Positions 1 through 12,018 of a stretch of 64,000 bases of DNA are shown here, in pieces. The notes under the pieces were generated by a model. The model saw only the letters and a list, made by a program, of their open reading frames with translations, was not told the DNA's origin and did not search any database. The translations under genes were made by a program, and so were the position numbers. The stretch lies in contig CAWHCQ010000011.1 in assembly GCA_963827755.1 (NCBI GenBank), positions 151,531-215,530 on the forward strand. The letters run 5' to 3'. How positions within the stretch are numbered: position 1 is the stretch's first letter; every line of letters begins with the position of its first letter. This DNA is from an uncultured Gammaproteobacteria bacterium. GTDB lineage: Bacteria > Pseudomonadota > Gammaproteobacteria > UBA9214.

Positions 1-1004
1 AGTGAGCCGGGCTTGCAGCCGGTGGCCTCGCGTATTTCTTCTTCGAAAGCGAACTGCAAGGGACTGGCGACGGCCTCCAGTTTCTCTGCCTTGACGGCAT
101 TCAGCTCATGGTCGCCGCGCAGGACCAGTGCGACCACGCCGCTTTCGGCACCGCGCACCAGGATGGTTTTTACACAATGCTCCGGCCCGGTTTTCAGGAA
201 GGCGCTGATGTCGCTGATGCTGTGTTGTCCCGGGGTATCGACAGTTTGTATCTCTGCCGCGGGTGCCGGGCGTTCGCCGGCGGGTGGCAGGGCGACGGCG
301 TGTTCCACGTTGGCGGCATAGCCGCTGTCGGAGGAAAAGGCGATGGCGTCTTCGCCGGAATCGGCCAGCACGTGGAACTCGTGGGAAACATTGCCGCCGA
401 TAGCCCCGCTGTCCGCCTCCACGGGGCGGAACTTCATGCCGAGCCTTTCCAGGATGCGGCTGTAGGCGTCGTACATTACCCGGTAGGTTTCTTCCAGGGA
501 CGCCTGGCTGGTATGAAAGGAGTAGGCGTCCTTCATCAGGAACTCGCGTGCGCGCATGATGCCGAAGCGCGGCCGGATTTCATCGCGAAACTTGGTCTGG
601 ATCTGGTAGTAGCTCACGGGCAGCTGTTTGTAGCTGCGGATTTCGTGACGCGCGATATCGGTGATGATTTCCTCGTGTGTCGGGCCGAAACAGAACTCGC
701 GCTGGTGGCGATCCGTGATGCGCAGCAGTTCCGGGCCATATTGCTCCCAGCGCCCGGATTCATGCCAGAGCTCGGATGGCTGCACGGCCGGCATCAACAG
801 CTCCATGGCGCCGGCCTGGTCCATCTCGTCACGGACAATCGTTTCAATCTTGCGCAGTACCCGCAGGCCCAGCGGCAGCCAGCTATAGATGCCTGCCGCC
901 TGCTTCTTCAACATGCCGGCGCGCATCATCAACTGGTGGCTGACGATCTCGGCATCGGCCGGGGTTTCTTTCAGGGTGGAAAGGGGGAAACGGGAAAGGC
1001 GCAT
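1..1004 (-). CDS. proS: Proline--tRNA ligase, 5' part (runs off window start)
   Basis: Manual minus-strand translation from ATG at 1004 reads [48 protein letters not shown]; later LGPTHEE motif; not in the ORF track because its stop lies outside the window. Confidence 0.95.
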   Translation of the reverse strand, partial: MRLSRFPLSTLKETPADAEIVSHQLMMRAGMLKKQAAGIYSWLPLGLRVLRKIETIVRDEMDQAGAMELLMPAVQPSELWHESGRWEQYGPELLRITDRHQREFCFGPTHEEIITDIARHEIRSYKQLPVSYYQIQTKFRDEIRPRFGIMRAREFLMKDAYSFHTSQASLEETYRVMYDAYSRILERLGMKFRPVEADSGAIGGNVSHEFHVLADSGEDAIAFSSDSGYAANVEHAVALPPAGERPAPAAEIQTVDTPGQHSISDISAFLKTGPEHCVKTILVRGAESGVVALVLRGDHELNAVKAEKLEAVASPLQFAFEEEIREATGCKPGS

Positions 1005-1074
1005 AATGGGTGACGGGTCTGGTTGAAACAGGCGGTTGATTGTAGTGGCCGCCGGGGTTCAGGTACAGGTTGAT

Positions 1075-1344
1075 CTATGGCTCACCACCCAGTTGTGGCG
1101 GCAGCGGCAGGACATTCACATCTTCACGGTAGTCGAGGATTTCGTAGGCTACGCCCTCGCGCGGCGGGTCGTCGGTGATTTGCCATACACCCTTGTCATT
1201 CTGCCATTTGTAAACCCGGGTGGTTTTTTTACTCAGCCCGGCCTCGGAGGACAGGTCCTCGATCCAGCTCCTGACAACAGGTGTCTGGTATAAATAAATC
1301 CCGCCGATCAGTGCCACGGCAAGCAATATCCAGAGCAGGCGCAT
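1075..1344 (-). CDS. Small membrane-anchored DUF4124-domain protein
   Basis: N-terminal hydrophobic helix and VYKWQNDKGVWQITDDPP motif. Confidence 0.75.
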   Translation of the reverse strand: MRLLWILLAVALIGGIYLYQTPVVRSWIEDLSSEAGLSKKTTRVYKWQNDKGVWQITDDPPREGVAYEILDYREDVNVLPLPPQLGGEP

Positions 1345-1688
1345 TAAAACGTGCCGTTATTCCAGCCCCACATCCTGCGGGGCGCATCGGTAAATTCTAT
1401 ATAGATGCGTGCGCTATCTATACCGGTTTCACTCGAAACCAGCTGGCAGAGCGCTTCCGAGACAGTGGCGGTAATGGACTCCGGCAGGCCGATGCTTTTC
1501 AGCTCGAGGAACGCCAGCGGTTCACCGGTTCCGGCAAATGTCATGGCGGCATTGCTTTCCACCGAGGTCATGACATAGCGCTCGGGCTTGCCCAGCTGTT
1601 CGGCGACCAGCGCAGAGGCCCGTGCGGCGAGCGAACCGGCGTCAGCCCCGGCCAGGGGCTTGTTGGTTTGTATGCGTAAAAAAGGCAT
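1344..1688 (-). CDS. MIF-like phenylpyruvate tautomerase family protein
   Basis: Pro immediately after Met (MPFLRIQTN), LGKPERYVM, C-terminal RIYIEF..WGWNNGTF; 114 aa. Confidence 0.9.
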   Translation of the reverse strand: MPFLRIQTNKPLAGADAGSLAARASALVAEQLGKPERYVMTSVESNAAMTFAGTGEPLAFLELKSIGLPESITATVSEALCQLVSSETGIDSARIYIEFTDAPRRMWGWNNGTF

Positions 1689-1709
1689 TTCAGGATTTTT
1701 CCGGCCCGC

Positions 1710-2201
1710 TCATTCGGTGCAGTATTTTTCGATCTGTTTTTTGGTCGTGTCGATGAGTTTTTTACGTTCTTCATCGGTAGGACGCAGGTATTCGCCCTTG
1801 TCATTGATGAAATTGCGCTGGCTTTTTGTCTCCAGTGCTGCCAGGTTCCGGGTGGCCGCATCACAGTTAATCCGCCTGATTTCAGCATTTTCCTTCTCCT
1901 GTTCAGCCGTCAGGGCATCGACTTCCTTGTCTTTCTTCTCTTTCTCAAGGCGAGCCTGCTGCTTGACTACAGGATTTACGGTGGCTGCAGGGGGGGCAGG
2001 CGGGAGGTATCTTTGTTTGATTTGTTCCGAGTGGACGCCCGAGGGAGGTGGCATTTGCGTGTAGTTGATCTTGCCGTCCTCACCGATCCATTTGTAAATT
2101 TCGGCCATGACCAGGGAGGAAGGTATGAGTGTGCACAGGGCGATCAGGCAGGCGAGCAGTATCCGGCTGCTGCCTTGGGCTGTTGTTCCACGATGTGTCA
2201 T
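1710..2201 (-). CDS. DUF4124-domain secreted protein
   Basis: Signal-like segment then EIYKWIGEDGKINYTQMPP; coiled coil with two Cys; start chosen at ATG 2201. Confidence 0.8.
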   Translation of the reverse strand: MTHRGTTAQGSSRILLACLIALCTLIPSSLVMAEIYKWIGEDGKINYTQMPPPSGVHSEQIKQRYLPPAPPAATVNPVVKQQARLEKEKKDKEVDALTAEQEKENAEIRRINCDAATRNLAALETKSQRNFINDKGEYLRPTDEERKKLIDTTKKQIEKYCTE

Positions 2202-2330
2202 TTTGCGGGGTCCATAAATGAAAACTATGAAGATAGTATGGTTGTTTGCAGGCCAGAACAAGTCACCCGGTCACACATTCAGGCTTTCACCCGGGAGCAT
2301 CGCCGCGTGGCCGCCCGGTCCGTGTATCCC

Positions 2331-2359
2331 TTGACCTTTACTTTGAATATCAGTACTTT
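2331..2359 (+). promoter_or_regulatory. Putative sigma70 promoter of ilvIHC
   Basis: TTGACC-17 nt-TACTTT. Confidence 0.4.
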
Positions 2360-2386
2360 CTACTATTATACTAATGCGACCTGCCG

Positions 2387-2409
2387 GCCCGTTGTTCGGG
2401 CTTTTTTTT
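2387..2409 (+). terminator. Terminator-like hairpin in the ilvI leader (possible attenuator)
   Basis: GCCCG-TTGTT-CGGGC followed by T8, about 50 nt upstream of the ilvI start. Confidence 0.5.
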
Positions 2410-2461
2410 ACCCGCCAAAAAAGGCCGGAAAACAGTGTCTTTGGCATCCAGGAGGATACAG

Positions 2462-4157
2462 GTGGAATTGACCGGCGCGGACATTTTTGTGCGCTCGCTG
2501 CGTGAAGAGGGAGTCGACTTTATTTTCGGTTATCCCGGCGGGGCGGTGCTGCATATCTATGACGCACTTTATACGCAGACAGGATGTGCAGCACATCCTG
2601 GTACGGCATGAGCAGGCGGCTACCCATGCCGCGGATGGCTATGCCCGTGCGACCGGTAAGCCGGGTGTTGTCATCGTGACCTCGGGTCCGGGTGCGACCA
2701 ATGCTGTCACCGGGATTGCAACGGCCTTTATGGATTCGATCCCGATGGTGGTGTTCACCGGGCAGGTGCCTACACACCTGATAGGCAACGATGCCTTCCA
2801 GGAAGCCGACAACATCGGCATTACGCGGCCGTGCGTGAAGCACAACTTTCTTGTGAAAGACGTCAAGGACATAGCCGTGACCATCAAGAAGGCCTTTTAC
2901 GTCGCGACGACCGGTCGACCCGGACCGGTGGTGGTCGATCTGCCGAAAGACATTACGGCGGACAAGGCCGAGTTCCACTATCCGGGCAAGGTCGAGATGC
3001 GCTCCTATAACCCGGTACATGTCGGGCATGCCGGGCAGATCAAGCGTGCAGTCAAACTGCTGAAGAGTGCCAGGCGTCCGATGATCTATACCGGTGGTGG
3101 CGTTATCCTCGGCAATGCCTCGGAGTCACTGACCGAACTGACGCGGTCGCTGGGTTACCCGATCACCAATACATTGATGGGGCTGGGCGCCTACCCTGCA
3201 ACGGACCCGCTGTTTGTCGGCATGCTCGGTATGCACGGGACCTACGAAGCCAATATGGCCATGCATCACTGTGATGTGCTGTTTGCCGTCGGCGCCCGCT
3301 TTGATGACCGGGTCACCGGTAATATCGAAAAATTCTGTCCCCATGCAAAAATTATTCACATCGATATCGACCCTGCAAGCATTTCGAAGAACGTCAAGGT
3401 GGATATCCCCATCGTCGGCTGTGTGGCCAATGTCCTCAAGGCGATGCTGAAGGAAACCGAGGCCGGGAAAAAAGGCCCGGACAAGGATGCCCTGAAGGAG
3501 TGGTGGGCGCAGATCGACGAATGGCGTTCGAAAAACTGTCTCGAGTACAAGATGGATGATGCGGTTATCAAGCCGCAGTATGTAGTGGAGACTCTCTACA
3601 AACTGACCGACGGTGATGCCTTTATTACCTCGGACGTGGGTCAGCACCAGATGTGGGCCGCGCAGTACTACAAGTTCGACAAGCCGCGTCGCTGGATCAA
3701 TTCCGGCGGACTGGGCACGATGGGGTTTGGTTTACCGTCCGCAATGGGTGTGCAACTCGCGTACCCGAATGACACGGTTGCCTGTGTAACAGGCGAGGGC
3801 AGTATCCAGATGTGTATCCAGGAGCTCTCCACCTGCAAGCAGTATGCTTTACCGATCAAGATTATCAATTTGAACAACGGCATGCTCGGCATGGTTCGCC
3901 AGTGGCAGGAGTTCTTCTACCAGAAGCGCTATGCCATGTCGTACATGGAGTCCTTGCCGGATTTCGTGAAACTGGCGGAGAGCTACGGTCATGTCGGTAT
4001 GCAGATCAAAAAGCCGGCGGATGTCGAGGGTGCGCTGATCGAGATGCTGAAAATGAAAGACCGCCTGGTATTCATGGATTTCCTGACGGATGCGACCGAG
4101 AATGTCTACCCGATGATTCCGGCCGGTGGCGGCCAGAACGAAATGATACTCGTTTGA
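2462..4157 (+). CDS. ilvI: Acetolactate synthase large subunit (one apparent frameshift near 2575)
   Basis: GGAGG SD then GTG: [36 protein letters not shown], continuing in another frame as [14 protein letters not shown]..., [19 protein letters not shown] motif. Confidence 0.95.
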
Positions 4158-4158
4158 G

Positions 4159-4650
4159 ATGCGACATATAATCTCGATTCTGATGGAAAACGAGGCCGGT
4201 GCGCTGTCACGGGTTGCCGGGCTGTTCTCGGCGCGCGGTTACAACATCGAGTCGCTGACCGTTGCCCCGACCGAAGATCCCTCGCTGTCACGCATGACGC
4301 TGGTGACACGGGGAACGGAAGAAGTCATCGAGCAGATTACCAAACAGTTGAATAAACTGATTGATGTGGTCAAGTTGATGGATATGACCGATGGCCCGCA
4401 CATTGAGCGCGAGATGATGCTGATCAAGGTGCAGGCTATGGGCGAGATGAGAAATGAGTTGAAGCGCATCTCGGATATTTTTCGCGGACGTGTGATTGAC
4501 GTAACCGATGAAACCTACACGATCGAGTTGACCGGTGCCGGCAACAAGCTGGATGCTTTTATTCAGGCGCTGGATCCGGGACTTATTATCGAGGTGGTGC
4601 GCTCCGGTGTATCCGGGATTGCGCGCGGCGCGCGCTCATTGAAAGTCTAG
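4159..4650 (+). CDS. ilvH: Acetolactate synthase small regulatory subunit
   Basis: MRHIISILMENEAGALSRVAGLFSARGYNIESL ACT domain; follows ilvI. Confidence 0.97.
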   Translation: MRHIISILMENEAGALSRVAGLFSARGYNIESLTVAPTEDPSLSRMTLVTRGTEEVIEQITKQLNKLIDVVKLMDMTDGPHIEREMMLIKVQAMGEMRNELKRISDIFRGRVIDVTDETYTIELTGAGNKLDAFIQALDPGLIIEVVRSGVSGIARGARSLKV

Positions 4651-4699
4651 ACAGGATTTCTATTAACAGGGTGCTGTTGACAGCGGCGCCAATGACTAA

Positions 4700-5734
<1,035 letters not shown>

Positions 5735-5781
5735 GGTCTGGCAGCATCTTCAGGATACGGCTGTCTGACCGGAGTTAGTCC

Positions 5782-6393
5782 GTGAATCGATATACAGTTA
5801 TTGCCAGGGAGGGCCATGCGCCGTTACTGGCAGCCCTGGTCGCCGCCTTCATGGTGTGGCATTTCGTGAGTCTGCCGGCTTCACTGTTCTTCTGGGTGCT
5901 CGTGGGGCTGGTGATTTTTATATTCCGTGACCCGGAACGGAATATCCCTTCAATACCCCTGGCGGTTGTCAGCCCTGCAGATGGGAAAATCGCCTCCATC
6001 GATACGATTTTCGACCCTTACCTTGAACGGCAGAGTATCCGTGTAATCGTGCAGATGCACACCTACGGCGTGTTTACCACGCGCAGCCCGGTGGAAGGCA
6101 AGGTGCAGGAGCCGCCGCACCTGCCCGCAGGTGTAAAAACACCCCACGGTGTCTGGCTGAAGACCAATGAAGACGATGATGTCGTCATGGTCATGAACAG
6201 GGGGCGTCTGAATGCGGGACCGCGCTGTTATATCCGTTTTGGAGAGCGCATCGGACAGGGAAAACGCTGCGGTTTTGTCCCCCTGGGTAGCCAGATTGAT
6301 CTCTACCTGCCTGAACAGTCACGCATCGCCGTTGCGGTCGGCGACTCCGTGCTGGGCGGCGCGGATGTCATCGCAAACCTGGTACATGCTTGA
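5782..6393 (+). CDS. Phosphatidylserine decarboxylase-like protein (short type, divergent)
   Basis: FRDPER, VVSPADG, RSPVEG and LGS cleavage-site-like motif; directly upstream of pssA. Confidence 0.75.
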   Translation: MNRYTVIAREGHAPLLAALVAAFMVWHFVSLPASLFFWVLVGLVIFIFRDPERNIPSIPLAVVSPADGKIASIDTIFDPYLERQSIRVIVQMHTYGVFTTRSPVEGKVQEPPHLPAGVKTPHGVWLKTNEDDDVVMVMNRGRLNAGPRCYIRFGERIGQGKRCGFVPLGSQIDLYLPEQSRIAVAVGDSVLGGADVIANLVHA

Positions 6394-6416
6394 CAAGCCC
6401 GCGGGTTGCAATAGAC

Positions 6417-7181
6417 ATGGATACAGAGGACAAAACACACAAGACTCCGCGCGGCATCTATCTGTTGCCGAATATGATTACAACCGCGGGCCTGTTTGCC
6501 GGGTTTTATGCCATTGTGGCGGCAATGAACAATCGCTTTGAGGCGGCAGCCGTTGCTATCTTTGTGGCCATGATCATGGACGGCATTGATGGACGCGTGG
6601 CCCGCCTGACAAACACACAGAGTGACTTCGGGGTGCAGTACGACAGCCTGGCGGATATGGTCAGTTTCGGACTTGCCCCGGCACTGGTGGTCTATGAATG
6701 GTCGTTGAAGTCGATGGCCAGTTTTGGCTGGGCCAAGCTTGGCTGGCTGGCGGCGTTCGTTTATACAGCCAGCGCCGCCTTGCGACTGGCGCGCTTCAAT
6801 TCACAGGTAGATATTGCCGAGAAGCTGTATTTCAAGGGGCTGCCGAGTCCGTCCGCTGCCGGGTTGCTGGCCGGCATGGTCTGGGTGAGCGCCGATCTCG
6901 GCGTGGCTGGTGAGGATGTCGTGTATGCGGCATTTGTGCTGACTCTCGTCGCAGGCTTGCTGATGGTCAGTAATGTCCGATACTACAGTTTCAAGGAATT
7001 CCACTTCAAGAACCGCGTTTCGTTTATCGCAATGCTTGCCGTGGTGCTGGTCTATGCCTTTGCCTCTATTGACCCTCCCAAGGTTCTGTTTGCCGGTTTC
7101 CTGATCTACATGATATTCGGAATCGTCTATACCTTGCTGGCAATCCGCAAACGGCGAAGGGCGGCAAAACGCGGGGAATAG
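6417..7181 (+). CDS. pssA: CDP-diacylglycerol--serine O-phosphatidyltransferase
   Basis: DGIDGRVARL..S.FG.QYDSLAD CDP-alcohol phosphotransferase motif; LRLARFN. Confidence 0.95.
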   Translation: MDTEDKTHKTPRGIYLLPNMITTAGLFAGFYAIVAAMNNRFEAAAVAIFVAMIMDGIDGRVARLTNTQSDFGVQYDSLADMVSFGLAPALVVYEWSLKSMASFGWAKLGWLAAFVYTASAALRLARFNSQVDIAEKLYFKGLPSPSAAGLLAGMVWVSADLGVAGEDVVYAAFVLTLVAGLLMVSNVRYYSFKEFHFKNRVSFIAMLAVVLVYAFASIDPPKVLFAGFLIYMIFGIVYTLLAIRKRRRAAKRGE

Positions 7182-7201
7182 CCAATCGTCATTCATCGTG
7201 C

Positions 7202-7230
7202 TTGGCAAGTCAGCCACTTTAATCTATAGT
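7202..7230 (+). promoter_or_regulatory. Putative sigma70 promoter for the leuA leader
   Basis: TTGGCA-17 nt-TATAGT, 8 nt upstream of the leader ATG. Confidence 0.55.
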
Positions 7231-7238
7231 CTTTGACC

Positions 7239-7340
7239 ATGATCTGCATTAACAGCACAGGCTGTGTACATCGATTGGCCTCCATTCGGACAGGTTCACT
7301 TCTGCTATCCTTTCTGCGACTGCTGCCTGCGGGCAGATAA
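7239..7340 (+). CDS. Putative leucine-rich leader peptide of leuA (33 aa)
   Basis: MICINSTGCVHRLASIRTGSLLLSFLRLLPAGR*, with a Leu cluster CTT CTG CTA..CTG..CTG CTG. Confidence 0.6.
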   Translation: MICINSTGCVHRLASIRTGSLLLSFLRLLPAGR

Positions 7341-7479
7341 TTCCATACCTGGCGAGGTCAAACGCAGCTAAACAAGAACCAGTCCAGCAGCCCGCAACGG
7401 GGAATCCGGCATGCCGGGTATCATCCTCCGGTGAAACAGGTCATGGCCGCGGCGTGTTGCCAACTCCCGACGGAGTCCG

Positions 7480-9033
7480 ATGATGAGTAATACTGACAAA
7501 TTAATAATTTTTGATACAACCTTGCGCGATGGCGAGCAGAGTCCCGGCGCGTCCATGACCCGGGATGAAAAAGTGCGTATCGCCAGGGCGCTCGAGAAGC
7601 TGCGGGTCGATGTGATAGAGGCCGGTTTCCCGGTTGCCAGTCCCGGTGATTTTGAAGCGGTACAGGCGGTCGCACGTGCGGTGAAGGAGAGCACGGTGTG
7701 TGGGCTGGCGCGTACCCTTGACGGTGATATTGACAGGGCGGGAGAGGCCCTGAAACCGGCGGCCTCGGCTCGAATTCATACCTTTATTGCAACGTCCCCG
7801 GTTCACATGCAGATGAAACTGCGCATGCAGCCGGACCAGGTGGTCGAACAGGCGGTGCGGGCCGTGAAGCGGGCTGGCAGGTATACCGATGATATCGAGT
7901 TCTCCCCGGAGGATGCCGGGCGTTCCGAGTTTGACTTTCTGTGTCGTGTCATCGAGGCCGTTATCGATGCCGGTGCGACGACGGTAAACATCCCGGACAC
8001 CGTGGGCTACAACCTGCCGCACCAGTTTGGTGATTTGATCCGCAGACTGATTGAACGGGTGCCCAATTCCGACAAGGCGATTTTCTCGGTGCATTGTCAC
8101 AACGATCTCGGGCTGGCGGTTGGCAACTCGCTCTCGGCAGTGCTTAATGGCGCCCGCCAGGTCGAGTGCACGATCAACGGGCTGGGCGAGCGTGCGGGTA
8201 ATGCCGCGCTTGAAGAGATTGTCATGACGGTGAAGACCCGCCAGGATGTTTTCCCGTGCCGGACAGACCTCGACACCACGCAGATCATGACCTGTTCGAG
8301 GCTGGTGTCCGGGATCACCGGTTTTGCGGTGCAGCCCAACAAGGCGATCGTCGGCGCGAATGCCTTTGCGCATGAATCAGGTATCCACCAGGACGGTGTA
8401 CTGAAGAGTCGCGAGACCTATGAAATCATGCGTGCCCAGGATGTGGGCTGGGCGGCAAACCGGATTGTGCTCGGCAAGCATTCGGGCCGCAACGCCTTCC
8501 GCACCCGTTTGAAGGAACTCGGTATCGAGCACGGGTCCGAAGAGGACTTGAATGATGCCTTCTCGAGGTTCAAGGACCTGGCCGACAAGAAACATGAAAT
8601 CTTCGATGAAGATCTGCAGGCACTGGTTACGGAATCGGGCCTGGAGTCGGCAGATGACTGGCTCAAGCTGGTGTCCCTGAAGGTCTGCAGCGAGACCGGT
8701 GAAACACCGCATGCCAGAATCGTATTATGGATGGATGGGGCAGAGAAAAAGGCCGAATGCTCCGGAAGCGGGCCGGTGGATGCGGCATTCCGGGCAATCG
8801 AGGAGCTGGTTAACAGCGGCACTGAATTACAGCTCTATTCAGTTAACAATATTACCAGCGGCACGGACTCGCAGGGAGAGGTGACGGTACGTTTGCAAAA
8901 GGGCGGGCGCATTGTTAACGGACAGGGGGCGGATACCGATATTGTGATTGCCTCTGCCAAGTCCTATGTCAACGCCATCAACAAAATCATCAAGCCCGAG
9001 AAGCGTGCGCACCCGCAGATGGGGGATGTCTGA
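7480..9033 (+). CDS. leuA: 2-isopropylmalate synthase
   Basis: [29 protein letters not shown] motifs and C-terminal regulatory domain. Confidence 0.98.
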   Translation: MMSNTDKLIIFDTTLRDGEQSPGASMTRDEKVRIARALEKLRVDVIEAGFPVASPGDFEAVQAVARAVKESTVCGLARTLDGDIDRAGEALKPAASARIHTFIATSPVHMQMKLRMQPDQVVEQAVRAVKRAGRYTDDIEFSPEDAGRSEFDFLCRVIEAVIDAGATTVNIPDTVGYNLPHQFGDLIRRLIERVPNSDKAIFSVHCHNDLGLAVGNSLSAVLNGARQVECTINGLGERAGNAALEEIVMTVKTRQDVFPCRTDLDTTQIMTCSRLVSGITGFAVQPNKAIVGANAFAHESGIHQDGVLKSRETYEIMRAQDVGWAANRIVLGKHSGRNAFRTRLKELGIEHGSEEDLNDAFSRFKDLADKKHEIFDEDLQALVTESGLESADDWLKLVSLKVCSETGETPHARIVLWMDGAEKKAECSGSGPVDAAFRAIEELVNSGTELQLYSVNNITSGTDSQGEVTVRLQKGGRIVNGQGADTDIVIASAKSYVNAINKIIKPEKRAHPQMGDV

Positions 9034-9045
9034 ACAACAGCTGTT

Positions 9046-9696
9046 ATGAATAACAGTCTCAGAAACGACTATCTCAAGGCCATGGGCGTGCAGCAGTGGG
9101 TTGCACGTGATGCTGTTGCTACAGTTGATTCACTGGACTGGGCGGAGCTTGAGAAGCGGGTGTCTGGCTGCAAGCTGTGCGGACTGCAGGAAAGTCGCAG
9201 CCGGACCGTGTTCGGTGCCGGTAACCGGAATGCAGACTGGCTGGTGATCGGTGAGGCCCCGGGAGCCGAAGAAGACCGCCAGGGCGAGCCCTTTGTTGGT
9301 CCGGCCGGCCAATTGCTGAACGCGATGCTGTTTGCTGTCGGGTTGCAGCGCGAGGATGTCTATATCTGCAATATTCTCAAATGCCGGCCACCGGACAACC
9401 GCAATCCGTCAAGGCAGGAAGTCGCTCACTGCCATGCCTACCTGCAGCGGCAGATCGAGCTGATTGATCCCCGCCTGATCCTGGCGGTAGGCGGGGTCGC
9501 TGCAAACAGCCTGCTCGATATGAATGAAAAGGTAGGGCAGTTGCGCGGCAAGGTACACACCTGGGGTGTGCAGGGAATCCCGCTGGTGGTTACCTATCAC
9601 CCTGCTTACCTGTTGCGTTCGCCACTGGAAAAGCGCAAGGTCTGGGATGATCTGGTGTTTGCCCGGTCAATCTGCGCGAGCGGGCATGACGGGTAA
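9046..9696 (+). CDS. Uracil-DNA glycosylase family 4
   Basis: CxxC, GEAPG, KCRPP, TYHPAYLLR motifs. Confidence 0.93.
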   Translation: MNNSLRNDYLKAMGVQQWVARDAVATVDSLDWAELEKRVSGCKLCGLQESRSRTVFGAGNRNADWLVIGEAPGAEEDRQGEPFVGPAGQLLNAMLFAVGLQREDVYICNILKCRPPDNRNPSRQEVAHCHAYLQRQIELIDPRLILAVGGVAANSLLDMNEKVGQLRGKVHTWGVQGIPLVVTYHPAYLLRSPLEKRKVWDDLVFARSICASGHDG

Positions 9697-9729
9697 GATC
9701 CTCTAATCGGTTATATTATCAGTCAAGAT

Positions 9730-10194
9730 ATGAGCGCCATACTGAAAGAACCGGCACTGGATATCCGCCCCATGCAAGAGGCGGATCTGGCCGAGGTGCT
9801 CGAGATAGAACGCGACAGTTACCCCTTTCCGTGGAGCAGTACTATCTTCACGGACTGTCTGCATGCCGGTTACAGTTGCTGGGTTTTCGTGCGCAGCGGG
9901 ATCATCGAGGGTTATGGCGTGCTCAGCGTGGCAGCCGGCGAGTCCCACCTGTTGAATATCTGTGTACGCAAGGCGTCTCGTAAACAGGGGCTGGGCGCAA
10001 AGATGCTGACGCACCTGACGGCGATAGCCCGGCGGCATGAGGCGGAAGTGCTTTTTCTGGAAGTGCGTATGTCCAACAAGGCCGCTCGCAGGCTGTATGA
10101 ATTTGCCGGTTTTAACGAGCTCGGCACCCGGCGGAACTATTATCCGACTGATAACGGACGCGAGGACGCGCTTATTTTTGCGCGCACACTCTGA
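9730..10194 (+). CDS. rimI: Ribosomal protein alanine N-acetyltransferase
   Basis: GNAT fold: HLLNICV, RKQGLG, LEVR.SN..A..LY, RRNYY. Confidence 0.93.
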   Translation: MSAILKEPALDIRPMQEADLAEVLEIERDSYPFPWSSTIFTDCLHAGYSCWVFVRSGIIEGYGVLSVAAGESHLLNICVRKASRKQGLGAKMLTHLTAIARRHEAEVLFLEVRMSNKAARRLYEFAGFNELGTRRNYYPTDNGREDALIFARTL

Positions 10195-10370
10195 CTCGTG
10201 GACGGTACGTATGCGATCGTGCCGCCCGTATCGGCAGGTTGGCCCTGGATAGCGAATCTTTCCTGCAACCCGGGGGCCGGCAACACGGCCAATGCCTGAT
10301 TTTCCACCTGTTTACGCCGCTCTTCAGGTAGAATACGCCACCCTTTTGCATGTGATTTCTCCCGGTTGAT

Positions 10371-11951
10371 ATGAGCAGTTACGAATACGAAGTGGCGCGC
10401 CGCCGCACCTTTGCCATTATTTCCCACCCGGATGCGGGCAAGACCACCCTGACTGAAAAGCTGCTGCTGTTTGGCGGCGCCATTCAACTGGCCGGTACCG
10501 TCAAGGGTCGCAAGGCCGCACGCCATGCAACATCTGACTGGATGGAACTGGAGAAGCAGCGTGGCATCTCGGTGACTTCATCGGTCATGCAGTTTCCCTA
10601 TGGTGACAACATCGTCAACCTGCTGGATACGCCTGGCCACGAGGACTTCTCCGAGGACACCTACCGGACGCTGACGGCGGTTGACTCGGCCCTGATGGTG
10701 ATCGATTGTGCCAAGGGTGTCGAGCAACGCACCATCAAGCTGATGGATGTCTGCCGCCTGCGTGATACCCCGATCTGCACATTTATCAACAAGCTTGACC
10801 GCGAGGGACGTGAGCCCATCGAGCTGCTGGACGAGATCGAGGAGATTCTCAAGATCGAGTGTGCGCCGGTTACCTGGCCAGTCGGGATGGGCAAGCGTCT
10901 AAGAGGTATTTATCACCTGCAGGATGATGCGGTGCACCTGTACGCGCCGGGGAAGAACAATCAGCGCCAGGATGTGAAAGTCATCCAGGGCCTGGACAAC
11001 CCCTTGCTCGACGAGGTGATCGGTGACCATGCGGCAGAACTGCGCGATGAGATCGAACTCGTAAAAGGGGCCAGTCACGGGTTCGACCGGGAGGCCTACC
11101 TGAAAGGCCGGTTAACGCCGGTATTCTTCGGCTCTGCAATCAATAATTTCGGTGTAACCGAGTTGCTGGATCACTTCGTGGCAACAGCACCCTCACCGGT
11201 AGCGCGAGCAACGATGACGCGAACCGTGAGCCCGAAAGAGGAGAATTTTTCGGGATTCGTTTTCAAGATACAGGCCAACATGGACCCGGCGCACCGTGAC
11301 CGTATTGCCTTCCTGCGGATTTGCTCGGGGACTTACAGCAAGGGCATGAAGATGCGCCACGTGCGTATCGGGCGCGATGTGCAGGTTTCCAATGCCGTGA
11401 CCTTCATGGCCTCCGACCGCGGGCATGTTGATGAAGCATACAGCGGCGACATAATCGGCCTGCATAATCATGGCACCATCCGTATCGGTGATACCTTTAC
11501 GCAGGGAGAGGACCTTAAATTTACCGGGATACCGAGTTTTGCCCCGGAACTGTTTCAGCGCGCGATCCTGAAAGACCCCTTGCGGATGAAGGCGTTGCAG
11601 AAAGGGCTGGACCAGTTATGTGAAGAAGGGGCTACCCAGCTATTCAAGCCAATGAAAAACAATGACCTGATCCTGGGTGCGGTGGGCGTCCTGCAGTTTG
11701 ATGTGGTCGCGCACCGCCTGAAAAATGAGTATAAGGTGGAGTGCCAGTTCGAGTCGGTGGCGGTTGCAACCGCGCGCTGGGTTGAATTCGAGGATGCGGC
11801 GACCGAACAGCGCTTTCGCGACAAGGCCTTTGAATACCTTGGAGAGGACCAGAGCGGTGCACTGGTCTATATCGCACCCACACGCGTCAACCTGCAGCTT
11901 GCGATAGAGAAATGGCCGGATGTGAAATTTCACGCGACCAGGGAGCATTAG
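10371..11951 (+). CDS. prfC: Peptide chain release factor 3
   Basis: [28 protein letters not shown] GTPase motifs. Confidence 0.98.
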   Translation: MSSYEYEVARRRTFAIISHPDAGKTTLTEKLLLFGGAIQLAGTVKGRKAARHATSDWMELEKQRGISVTSSVMQFPYGDNIVNLLDTPGHEDFSEDTYRTLTAVDSALMVIDCAKGVEQRTIKLMDVCRLRDTPICTFINKLDREGREPIELLDEIEEILKIECAPVTWPVGMGKRLRGIYHLQDDAVHLYAPGKNNQRQDVKVIQGLDNPLLDEVIGDHAAELRDEIELVKGASHGFDREAYLKGRLTPVFFGSAINNFGVTELLDHFVATAPSPVARATMTRTVSPKEENFSGFVFKIQANMDPAHRDRIAFLRICSGTYSKGMKMRHVRIGRDVQVSNAVTFMASDRGHVDEAYSGDIIGLHNHGTIRIGDTFTQGEDLKFTGIPSFAPELFQRAILKDPLRMKALQKGLDQLCEEGATQLFKPMKNNDLILGAVGVLQFDVVAHRLKNEYKVECQFESVAVATARWVEFEDAATEQRFRDKAFEYLGEDQSGALVYIAPTRVNLQLAIEKWPDVKFHATREH

Positions 11952-12018
11952 GCAAGCTGTGATTCTCCCGCCATTGCCGCTTTGCCAAGGCGACCCGCGA
12001 TGACAGATCTTTCGGGAT

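Noticed and set aside
108-1013. 301-aa plus-strand ORF
   Set aside because: It is the antisense shadow of proS.
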